Source: Patescibacteria group bacterium (lineage in GTDB: Bacteria; Patescibacteriota; UBA1384; DATEAH01). Taken from it: a DNA stretch of 64,000 bases. The stretch is taken from assembly GCA_035288465.1 (NCBI GenBank), contig DATEAH010000009.1, positions 11,951 to 75,950 of the forward strand, given 5' to 3'. Both the position numbers and the translations under genes were made by a program. This document shows, piece by piece, positions 9,481 to 18,078 of this stretch (the stretch's first letter is position 1; every line of letters begins with the position of its first letter). The notes beneath the pieces are model-generated. The model was not told where the DNA came from. It saw only the letters and a program-made list of their open reading frames with translations, and searched no databases.

Positions 9481-10686
9481 TTACAGGGTAACTCCTTCGG
9501 CGATGTTTAGACAACGCGGCAGCCCAAAGGGGAACATCGAACACTTATTACCTGAACAAGTATTGCGGGGGCAGTCCTTGGCGAGCACTTTATCGTTGAC
9601 GCCAACATACAGGGCATGGGACAACTCATCCATCGAAAGCATTGTAGATTTAATGTCATGTTTTTGAGAGCCATTCATCACTCCCCAGACAATGCCGTTT
9701 TTACCCCGAGGTGCGTACCACCAGGGACAGATGCCATTAAAATCATCAGGTGAAAGGTCGCAAATCCGGTAAGAATCCGTAATTCCTCGAGCCTTTAGCT
9801 CAAGCACCTTGATTATTCGCGCTGTATCAGCAAGATCTAAATATTCGTCTGATGGACCCAAATCATCCTGGGGACGATGCACCCATTGATTGAGGAGAAT
9901 CTGGGTATTGCCCGATGATTGACGCTGAATAATAATATTGTGCTGCCCACCAGCTTTGCTTCGGCTATAACCGGCAACACCGTCCACATCAGTTTCGATC
10001 ATTGCCACTGAAATACACATTCGTCCGATTATGAATGATTTACACTTCACTTTATCTTGATATTCTGCTGGGACAGTAGCATCATACCAACGTTTGTAAT
10101 CAACCATACCGTCAACAATTCGTCCAACCAGCGTTTTCTCGCCTGGATCGCCAAGCTTTTTTCTTAGGTGCCCCATGATTGAAGGTAAACTAAACATTTC
10201 CAGAAGTCGGACCCGATCTTGTATTTCTTGCGGAGCTCCCAAATCACGAAGATCCTGAGAAACCGTGAAAGGCCCTTCGGTGTCGTGCATGTCAACATAA
10301 TCAACAAGAGCTCGAAAATAAGGGTGAAATTCAACTCCACCCCGGCGCGCGACGAGACGGGTTGTCGAACAATCAACGTCACTGGTTCCATGGTGGTCAA
10401 TAACGTAAAGGTCTAATTCCGGATCGTGCAATTTCTCAAGGGTTAAATGTTGTCTCCCAAAATCAAGAGCAATCGCACCAGCTTGTTTCATCTGTGCTAA
10501 GGTCATTGGCAGTTTGCCATGAAATTCAACTTTAGCCTCGCGAATTCCGGGAAATGCATGCAAACACTCTTCCTGGCGAGCGATTGCCAAAGATGCGAGG
10601 GCATCAAGGTCGGTATTTTGATGTAAAAGGACAATCTTAATGGTCGGATATTCTCTAATAGTTCGTGTCGGTTCTGAGTTAGCCAC
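9481..10686 (-). CDS. DHH-family phosphoesterase-like protein with Cys-rich C-terminus; GTG start preferred over the longer track ORF
   Basis: DHH motifs I (HQNTDLDALASL) and III (VIDHHGTSD), possible GGGH-like AGGQH; RBS AAGAGGTGA + GTG at 10686; ~47% GC. Confidence 0.55.
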   Translation of the reverse strand: MANSEPTRTIREYPTIKIVLLHQNTDLDALASLAIARQEECLHAFPGIREAKVEFHGKLPMTLAQMKQAGAIALDFGRQHLTLEKLHDPELDLYVIDHHGTSDVDCSTTRLVARRGGVEFHPYFRALVDYVDMHDTEGPFTVSQDLRDLGAPQEIQDRVRLLEMFSLPSIMGHLRKKLGDPGEKTLVGRIVDGMVDYKRWYDATVPAEYQDKVKCKSFIIGRMCISVAMIETDVDGVAGYSRSKAGGQHNIIIQRQSSGNTQILLNQWVHRPQDDLGPSDEYLDLADTARIIKVLELKARGITDSYRICDLSPDDFNGICPWWYAPRGKNGIVWGVMNGSQKHDIKSTMLSMDELSHALYVGVNDKVLAKDCPRNTCSGNKCSMFPFGLPRCLNIAEGVTL

Positions 10687-10744
10687 TTGAGTCACCTCTT
10701 GGGGCGTGGTAGAGATTAAATTGTGTATGTGCTTCTGGTTCAAG

Positions 10745-10773
10745 ATTATATCAAATAAATTATAAAATGTCAA
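10745..10773 (-). promoter_or_regulatory. sigma70-like promoter for the DHH gene (TTGACA-17-TATAAT)
   Basis: Consensus -35 and -10 hexamers with 17-nt spacer on minus strand, in an AT-rich stretch. Confidence 0.5.
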
Positions 10774-10993
10774 GATTTTAGTACAAAAAAATCCAAAATT
10801 ATATTTTTTGGATTTAAAAACGATAAAGGCTGGCATAGGTGGATTCTGAAAGAGAGGATCAACAGAGCGAACTCTGTTGAAGATTCTTTCAGGCCTATGT
10901 CAGCCTTCTGGACATCAAGCTCTTGGGGAGCCTGATGTTAGTAGTTTAGGTTAGAACGGGGGTGTTGGTGGGTGGGGTGTGCCCCAGGTTGGG

Positions 10994-11958
10994 CTACCCC
11001 TCGCGGAGGAAGCTGTTGCGGGTGCGGGTGGGTTTGTTCTGCCGAGCGGCACGGCGAATCTCCTTGCCGTTCTCGGCGTTGCGCTTGGCATCGCGGCGGG
11101 AAGTGGGGCGGGAAGTGGAGGCCGGTGCGGCCTGAGTAGTGGTCTGTTCCAGGTAGGGACCCACATCGCCGTACTCGCGGTGATCAGCCTTGGCGATGAT
11201 CAGCCGAAGACCAGTACCGTTCATGCGGTCCTGTACCGCGGCCACGAGACCCTCCCCGCGCTCACGCGAACGCAGGTACATACCGGCGTTCTTGAGCGCC
11301 GTTGCGACCTCGTTCCATGTCTCCTGCCATTGCGCGCCCTGAGCGAAATACGAGTGGGCACGTTCAAGCTCGACGGGGAAGCCGTCGGCTTCGGCCTTGG
11401 AGATGAACTTCTCGACGGACTGTCTGGCGGCAGTCTCGTTGCCCTGGAAGACCTCGCTGGCAACGCCGAGAAGTTCGGCGAGGCACGTCTCGAACTCGTC
11501 GTGGCTCATCGCAGCGACGGTCTGTCCCTCCCACGCATAGGAGGGTTCGAACTCGCGAGACGGCAGCTCAGCCTGTGTGGCCGATGCCGTCGCTGCGTCC
11601 GTGTCGGCGCAGACGTCGTCTGCGGTCTCGGTCTGTGTCTCGGCCGCGGGCTCTGCAGACTCAGCGACGGGTGTCGCTTCAGCCGCAGGCGCGGTTTCGG
11701 GGGTGGGGGCCATCTCGGCCTCGGACCCACCCTCGTCGCTCGGTGCCGGAGGGATCTCCTCCTCTACAGGAGCAGGAGGGATCACCTCTTCGGCGGCAAT
11801 GAGCTTCGTTTCGCGAAGATCGAACCACGAAGCCCAACCGTCGTTGGCGGCGCGGAGCTTGGCGACGCCGTCGGTGTTCTCATCGCAGACCTGACAGAAC
11901 TCCGTCAGAGTCTGTGCCCCCTGAAGGGCAGTCGAAAGATCAGCGAGAGTCAAAGACA
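10994..11958 (-). CDS. hypothetical acidic protein (Pro/Ala/Glu-rich central low-complexity region), high GC
   Basis: GGAGG RBS then ATG at 11958 (MSLTLADLS…); ~62% GC; no family recognised. Confidence 0.45.
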
Positions 11959-12365
11959 TTATTGAACCTCCAGTGGTGCTATATTCCCTCCGCTTAAGCG
12001 CGAGGGTTTGTAACCTTGGAGCATGATCACGTCGAGTATGTAAACGAGTTAGTACGACAAATCTAACTCGAGACTTTTCCAGACCTTGGATGTACAAGTT
12101 GCGATTAAGTCAAGTTGTGAAGGAACCGAGTTGATCTGGCAAACAGCGTGAAGCTGAAATAATACCATTACAACATATGCGTATATTATAGCAAATAATA
12201 ATTTATTTGTCAAGAGTTATAGGAATAAAATCTCAGAAAATAATTTAGGCTCATAAAAAACGAACAGGGTGGGCAGAAAATCTCGGGTTGATAGCTGAAA
12301 GCTATCAAGCTTTGAAATTCTACCCACCCTTGGGTAAATTGTCAGATCCGACCGAAGTCGAATCA

Positions 12366-13028
12366 TTAGTCATCGGGTACGGGCGGAATCGGTTCAAGTG
12401 TTGGAGTTGACGGGGCTGGAGGTGCGGGGGTTGGTGGCGTTGGTGTAGTGTCGGCGGTGGGACCAACAGTCGCGCCAGCGGCGAACCGAGTCCGATTGGT
12501 GACCCGGGTGGTGTATCTGATGTACACAGAATTCCGGGCCGGGATCTCGGTGACCCCAAAGTCAGACAAGGAGGCATCCCCACCAAAGAGTCGAGCAAGT
12601 TGCTCGTCCGAAATGGGGATGTCTTCGCCGTCCCGGCCGATGTTAAGCAGACCGGAACCGGCCACCAAGGTCGCGTCACCATGTAGATTGTCGGTGCCGC
12701 GAACCTCATCCGCACGGGTCGGGGTATACCCGGAGTTCTGCCAATCGAGGCGCCACCGGAGATAGTCCCCGACACCGGACTCGACATTCTCCTGCCAGCC
12801 TGAGCCGGCGGGAGTCCGAGTCAAGTTCCGGACAAGCTTGAACGTCCGGAGCGGAGGCGGGAGGATCACCCTCGAAGCAGCTCGCGCTTCCCGAATGGGG
12901 ATTCCCAGGAACCAACCCCGCAAGATATTGGTAATCCTGCGACCGGACCAGAACAGAAGCCACAGGAGCCAGGCAACGACTCCTGCTGCGACGACGGACA
13001 ATACCGTTACGAGTGTGGTCATTACCAT
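12366..13028 (-). CDS. hypothetical N-terminally membrane-anchored protein with Pro/Thr-rich C-terminus, high GC
   Basis: [29 protein letters not shown] helix; start overlaps stop of upstream collagen-like gene (ATGGTAATGA). Confidence 0.45.
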   Translation of the reverse strand: MVMTTLVTVLSVVAAGVVAWLLWLLFWSGRRITNILRGWFLGIPIREARAASRVILPPPLRTFKLVRNLTRTPAGSGWQENVESGVGDYLRWRLDWQNSGYTPTRADEVRGTDNLHGDATLVAGSGLLNIGRDGEDIPISDEQLARLFGGDASLSDFGVTEIPARNSVYIRYTTRVTNRTRFAAGATVGPTADTTPTPPTPAPPAPSTPTLEPIPPVPDD

Positions 13029-13702
13029 AACCTCCTGAGGTATTCCCGGATGCCGATGTACGCGCAGCCCAAGATTACGAAAATCAGGGCTACGATGGCA
13101 ACGAGTAGCCAAGGGCTGTCTCCTTGCCCATCGGGTGCGGACGGACCAGTCATTGTCTTGGATGCGAGGACCTGACGGTCTCGTGCCTCGACAAACGACT
13201 TTGAGACGACGCCGGATTTGATAGCCCATTCCGCGATGGTCTCAATGACCACGTGGCGCGATAGGCCATCTTGTCCGGCTGGTCCGCGAGGTCCGCGCGA
13301 ACCGCGACGTCCCAGACCCGAAGGTCCAGGTACGCCATCTTTGCCAGCAGGACCAGGAGCACCGTTTTGGCCGTTTAGACCAGGCGCCCCGTCCTTAACG
13401 GCAGGCCCCGGGATTCCCTGCGGACCCGGAGGTCCGGCAAGTCCGCCAGTTGACACCACCACTGGGGGTGGTGTTGTGTCCGGTGAGACCGGAGGCGCTA
13501 GAGTTTCCGGAGTCGAATTGACCTCCGGTTGCTCCACTGGAATCTCCACTGGGATGGTCGGCTGGTTGGGCTGATCAGTGCGCCCAAGGACTTTTACGTC
13601 CCGGGCGTCACCTTCGGCCCTTGCAACTTGCAACGAGGCCACCGCTGCCAGGAGGCAAGCGGCGACCCAGAGAACGAACTTGTGACGGTTCATCGCCGTC
13701 AC
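13022..13702 (-). CDS. secreted collagen-like (Gly-X-Y) repeat protein with C-terminal TM anchor, high GC
   Basis: Signal peptide [29 protein letters not shown]; [11 protein letters not shown]…[25 protein letters not shown] triplets; C-terminal hydrophobic helix. Confidence 0.55.
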   Translation of the reverse strand: MTAMNRHKFVLWVAACLLAAVASLQVARAEGDARDVKVLGRTDQPNQPTIPVEIPVEQPEVNSTPETLAPPVSPDTTPPPVVVSTGGLAGPPGPQGIPGPAVKDGAPGLNGQNGAPGPAGKDGVPGPSGLGRRGSRGPRGPAGQDGLSRHVVIETIAEWAIKSGVVSKSFVEARDRQVLASKTMTGPSAPDGQGDSPWLLVAIVALIFVILGCAYIGIREYLRRLW

Positions 13703-13865
13703 CTCCTATCCGGCAGCGGTGACCTCTCTGGTGGTCATCGTGCCTAAAACCGTCCCAATACACCCACAAAGGGTTTAATCAGGATCGGTCGAGAGCTATG
13801 TTAAAGTGCCTGAGGCACTTGGAATCTGAGAAATCTGAGAGTAAGCCTCGAATTCCTATATTATA

Positions 13866-13905
13866 TCAAAAAAAGCTCCCTCTGTCAAGGGAATTAGCTT
13901 TATTT
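13866..13905 (-). terminator. intrinsic terminator of leuS (TCCCT-loop-AGGGA + GCTTTTTTT on minus strand)
   Basis: Hairpin followed by 7-T run directly 3' of the leuS stop. Confidence 0.6.
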
Positions 13906-13939
13906 TACTAAATTTATTCTAGCGCACTATAAAATTTAA

Positions 13940-16780
13940 TTAGATCACAAAATTTATTAAACGGTTTGGGACCCAGATCGTTTTTTTTATTTTTTTATCA
14001 GCCAATAACGCCAAAATATTTTTAGATTTTTTCGCCAGTTCAATTATTTCTTTTTCCGAAATTCCATTGACCACTGTTAATTTATCTCGAACTTTGCCAT
14101 TAATTTGCACTACTACCAAAATATCTTTAAGTTTGACTAATTTCTCATTAAACTCAGGCCATTGTTCTTCGAAAATGGGATTTTTATGTCCTAATTTTTG
14201 CCATAACTCTTCAGCCAAATGCGGAAATATCGGTGCCATTAAAATCAGGATTTTTTCACCAGGCTTTTTTTCGTGATTAAAATATTCCATCATTGCCGAA
14301 ATTGCGGTATTTAATCGAAAATTTTCTAAATCTTCTGTCACTTTTTTAATCGCATGATGTAGCAGTGGTGTTTCATTTTGACCAAATTTTGTCCCCCAGA
14401 CTTTTTTCAAAAACCTAAAAATACCCAAGATGCCAGAATCCATCCATTCCGAATCCTCATCAGCCGGACCGATAAACATTTCATAGCCGCGTAAAGCATC
14501 GGTGCCATATTTTGCCACCAATTCATCTGGCGAAACAATATTGCCTTTGGATTTGGACATTTTTGCACCTTGATAATAAATCATGCCAATGTTAAATAAT
14601 TTGCGAAATGGTTCGCCATCTGGATCAAAATTAGTTAATTTGAAATCGTGTAAAAATTTACAAATAAATCTCGCGTATAATAAATGCATCGTGGCGTGTT
14701 CAATACCACCAATATATAAATCAACCGGCAACCAAAACTCGGTTTTTTCCTCATCAAAAGCTTTTTCAGAGTTTTTCGCATCCGCGTATCTTAAATAATA
14801 CCAAGATGAACAAACAAATGTATCTAAAGTATCGGTTTCTCGTACAGCTTCGCCGCCGCATTTTGGACATTTGGTTTCTAAAAATTCTTTATCGTGTTTT
14901 AATGGAGAACCGCCAGTCGGTTTAAATTCAATCTCTTTTGGCAACACCACTGGCAGCTCATTTTCAGGTACAGCCATCTCACCGCACTTATTGCAATATA
15001 TAATAGGTATAGGGGCACCCCAATAGCGCTGCCTCGAAACCAACCAGTCTCGTAAATGATAAGTGGTGGTTTTTTTAGCTTCGCCCTTTTTCGCCAACGA
15101 GCTTGTAATCTTAATTTTTGCTTCATTAGAATCCAAGCCATCAAATTCACCCGAATTTATCAAAATTCCCGTCTCCTCATAAGCCAAATTTTCATGATCA
15201 ATTCGGTCAAACCACAAATCTAATTCTGCACAAGTCATTCTGGCTGGAGTAATTTGCTCGCGAGATAACCATTCAATCTCGTGTTTTTCTTTTTCTTCCG
15301 CAGAAACTGGTACGCGCTCGTCATCAATCAATTCAAAATACAAAGCATTCGTCATCGCCTGCCGATTGACATTTTTGTGAGCGGCATAATATTCGGAAAA
15401 AACCAGACCGCCTAAAAATCGAGTGAATTTAACATTCACAAAACCGGTTTCTTCTTTAATTTCTCTTTTGGCTGCCCCTACTAAATCTTCGCCATCTTTT
15501 GCGCCGCCAACCACAAAAGCGATCCAGGGTTGTTTTTTCCAATTCAAACAGAGGTATTTTTTAGTTTTTGGATTGAAAACTATGGCATGGACTGAATTTC
15601 TTTTGGCAATTTCTTTTCCGTCTTTGGGTGGATTTTTAGAATCAATTCGATGGGGGATAATGACATCTTTTATCGGTAAATCGTATTTCTTAGCAAATTC
15701 AAAATCGCGCTGGTCATGAGCTGGCACACACATAATTGCACCTGTCGCATAATCTCGCAAAACATAATCCGCGACCCAAACCGGGATTTTCTCGCCATTT
15801 ACCGGATTAACCGCGTATGCACCCGTGAAAACGCCAGTTTTTTCACGAGTCGTAGAAGTTCTTGCTATTTCCGAATATTTTCCGGCCTTTTCCACGTATT
15901 CCGCCACCGTCTTTTTTTGTTTAGGAGTAGTAATTTTAGCCACCATTTCGTGTTCTGGGGCCAAAACTAAATAAGTGGCGCCAAATAAAGTGTCGGGTCT
16001 GGTGGTAAACACCTCAATAAAATGTTTCGAATTTAATATTTGAGATTTAGGATTTGTTTCGAATTTCGAATTTCGAATTTCGAATTTAATCGTTACTCCC
16101 TCAGAGCGTCCAATCCAATTTTTTTGCAAGATCTTAGTTCGTGCTGGCCAATCAATTTTTCCCAAATCCGCTAATAACCGATCGGCATATTTAGTAATCT
16201 TAAAAAACCATTGTTTTAAATCTTTTTTGACCACTTTTGAACCGCAACGTTCGCATTCACTTGCCACCACCTGTTCATTAGCCAAAACCGTGTGGCAAGA
16301 TGGACAAAAATTAACCAAGGCTTTTTTGCGATATGCCAAACCCTGTTTATATAATTGCAAAAATAACCACTGCGTCCAGCGATAATAATCAGGGCTTGAG
16401 GTATTAATTTCTCGTTCCCAATCATATAATGAACCAATTTGTGCCAATTGTTCTTTAAATTTAGAAATCGCAGTCTCAGTAAATTCCGCCGGATGAGAAT
16501 TTTTTTTAATCGCCGCATTTTCCGCCGGCAAGCCAAAAGCATCAAAGCCCATCGGATGCAAAATATTTTTACCTTTTAAAATTTGATAGCGCGTCCAAAT
16601 GTCAGACAAAACATAGCCTCGCCAATGCCCCACATGCAAACCTTCCCCAGATGGATAAGGGAACATATCCAAACAATAAAATTTGGGCTTTTTAGAAAAA
16701 TCCACGGCCTGATTTAAATTATTCTTGGCCCAAACTTTTTGCCACCTGGATTCAATTTTTTGAGGATTATAATCTGTCAT
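13940..16780 (-). CDS. leuS: leucine--tRNA ligase carrying an inserted NUDIX domain (aa ~375-535) and a repeat-derived low-complexity insertion (aa ~231-254)
   Basis: HIGH (LHVGH), KMSKS, CP1 editing AHDQRDFEFA; Nudix box GGAKDGEDLVGAAKREIKEETGF between IKDVI and GILINSGEFDGL. Confidence 0.9.
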   Translation of the reverse strand: MTDYNPQKIESRWQKVWAKNNLNQAVDFSKKPKFYCLDMFPYPSGEGLHVGHWRGYVLSDIWTRYQILKGKNILHPMGFDAFGLPAENAAIKKNSHPAEFTETAISKFKEQLAQIGSLYDWEREINTSSPDYYRWTQWLFLQLYKQGLAYRKKALVNFCPSCHTVLANEQVVASECERCGSKVVKKDLKQWFFKITKYADRLLADLGKIDWPARTKILQKNWIGRSEGVTIKFEIRNSKFETNPKSQILNSKHFIEVFTTRPDTLFGATYLVLAPEHEMVAKITTPKQKKTVAEYVEKAGKYSEIARTSTTREKTGVFTGAYAVNPVNGEKIPVWVADYVLRDYATGAIMCVPAHDQRDFEFAKKYDLPIKDVIIPHRIDSKNPPKDGKEIAKRNSVHAIVFNPKTKKYLCLNWKKQPWIAFVVGGAKDGEDLVGAAKREIKEETGFVNVKFTRFLGGLVFSEYYAAHKNVNRQAMTNALYFELIDDERVPVSAEEKEKHEIEWLSREQITPARMTCAELDLWFDRIDHENLAYEETGILINSGEFDGLDSNEAKIKITSSLAKKGEAKKTTTYHLRDWLVSRQRYWGAPIPIIYCNKCGEMAVPENELPVVLPKEIEFKPTGGSPLKHDKEFLETKCPKCGGEAVRETDTLDTFVCSSWYYLRYADAKNSEKAFDEEKTEFWLPVDLYIGGIEHATMHLLYARFICKFLHDFKLTNFDPDGEPFRKLFNIGMIYYQGAKMSKSKGNIVSPDELVAKYGTDALRGYEMFIGPADEDSEWMDSGILGIFRFLKKVWGTKFGQNETPLLHHAIKKVTEDLENFRLNTAISAMMEYFNHEKKPGEKILILMAPIFPHLAEELWQKLGHKNPIFEEQWPEFNEKLVKLKDILVVVQINGKVRDKLTVVNGISEKEIIELAKKSKNILALLADKKIKKTIWVPNRLINFVI
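16019..16090. repeat. intragenic in-frame copy of the palindromic repeat family inside leuS, including (TTCGAAT)x4 7-bp tandem repeat
   Basis: Sequence …GAGATTTAGGATTTGTTTCGAATTTCGAATTTCGAATTTCGAATTT… matches arms of intergenic copies; encodes FEIRNSKFETNPKSQILNSKH. Confidence 0.5.
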
Positions 16781-16869
16781 AAATTATTCCTTTTGAGTAA
16801 ATTTTATCAAAAAAAATCAAATTTCGCAATTAAAATTGGCAAAATTTCAATAAATTAAATTTTAGGAGG

Positions 16870-17301
16870 TTATGATTGAGTTTGGATTTTGCTCTTTTGC
16901 TTAAAGACCCAGAATTTACTCCAGATATAGTTCCAAATAAAAACCAATATTAGCGAAATAATTTTTGCATAATTGAACCATAAATGGGCATATTGAATAA
17001 AAACAAACATCGCCAATAAATTTAAACCAAAACCCGTGCCGCGGACAATAAAAAATTGAGTGTATTCAGTCGCTTTATTGCCTTTACTTTTGAAAGTCCA
17101 AATCCGATTCCAAATATAAGCATTCGTGGCCGCCACGATAAAGGAAATTGAGGTGGCAAGGTAAACATTCGTATGAAAAACTATCACCAATAGATTTAAA
17201 ACCGCAAAATCAATTACCAACGATGAAAGGGCAACTAAGGCAAATTTTAAAAATTCAAGCACATTTTTTTGAGTTTTTTGGGGTTGGCTATTTTCCGGCA
17301 T
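16870..17301 (-). CDS. GtrA-family membrane protein
   Basis: 4-TM ~140-aa protein with the N-terminal pattern typical of GtrA-like proteins. Confidence 0.6.
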   Translation of the reverse strand: MPENSQPQKTQKNVLEFLKFALVALSSLVIDFAVLNLLVIVFHTNVYLATSISFIVAATNAYIWNRIWTFKSKGNKATEYTQFFIVRGTGFGLNLLAMFVFIQYAHLWFNYAKIISLILVFIWNYIWSKFWVFKQKSKIQTQS

Positions 17302-17327
17302 TTACTCCTCCTTTAAAAAATTTAGTC

Positions 17328-17945
17328 CTATTTAATATTTTCGATTTTTATTGAATTAATTTTGTCGCCAACTGCGATATTTTTCACTACATCCATTCCG
17401 ACAGTAACTTGTCCGAATAAATTATATTGTTTTGGCAGGGTTGGTTGATCATCTAAACAAATAAAAAATTGCGAGCCGTTGGTGTCTGGACCAGAATTAG
17501 CCATCGCCACTGTGCCAGCTTTATAATCTCCTTGAACTTTCTCATCCTCAAATTGATATCCCGGGCCACCCGATCCGGTTCCCTCGGGATCTCCGCCCTG
17601 AATCACAAAACCAGGTACTACACGATGAAAAGTTAAACCATCATAGAACCCTTTTTCAGCTAAATATACAAAATTACTGACCGTTTTTGGCGCAGAATCT
17701 GCATATAATTCAAATTCAATTTTGCCCTTGCCAGTTTCTAAAACGGCTTTTTTGTTATTAATTTTATCTTCTGCTAAAATTCCAGGAAATTCTAATTTCA
17801 TCCCAGTCTCCTTTTTAATATTATTATCAGCGGTATTTGTGTCGGTGTTATTATTAGTATTTGATTTTGCGCCAGACCCTTTGAGTCCAAAATATGCAAA
17901 AACCGCAATAATCGCAATTAATATAATAATTCCAAAACTTTTCAT
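17328..17945 (-). CDS. peptidyl-prolyl cis-trans isomerase, cyclophilin type, membrane/secreted
   Basis: FHRVVPGFVIQGGDP … MANSGPDTNGSQFFI cyclophilin motifs; N-terminal hydrophobic anchor. Confidence 0.8.
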   Translation of the reverse strand: MKSFGIIILIAIIAVFAYFGLKGSGAKSNTNNNTDTNTADNNIKKETGMKLEFPGILAEDKINNKKAVLETGKGKIEFELYADSAPKTVSNFVYLAEKGFYDGLTFHRVVPGFVIQGGDPEGTGSGGPGYQFEDEKVQGDYKAGTVAMANSGPDTNGSQFFICLDDQPTLPKQYNLFGQVTVGMDVVKNIAVGDKINSIKIENIK

Positions 17946-18078
17946 GAATAATATATCCTTAGGTAAAAAATTATTTATAACACATGTGTTTCGAAAATAA
18001 ATCTATTTTATTATTGAAAACTTTAATATAATTGTCGGCTAGTTTTTTTTATTTTAAATTCTTCAGTTAAGTATTTTT

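Noticed and set aside
9481-10836. Track start of the DHH ORF at 10836 (MPAFIVFKSKKYNFG…)
   Set aside because: Those first ~50 codons coincide with an AT-rich TTGACA-17-TATAAT promoter. The GTG at 10686 with AAGAGGTGA RBS is the more plausible start.
10979-11965. 328-aa plus-strand ORF (and several 70-105-aa ORFs at 11.2-11.9k) in the high-GC island
   Set aside because: Arg/Gly/Leu-rich antisense frames, which are common in >60% GC DNA. The minus-strand frame has a GGAGG RBS and a defined start, so I kept that one only.
12320-12963. Overlapping 85-155-aa ORFs (12320..12787-, 12448..12765+, 12706..12963-, 12838..13038+) in the island
   Set aside because: Alternative-frame artefacts of high-GC sequence overlapping the better-supported 12366..13028 and 13022..13702 genes.
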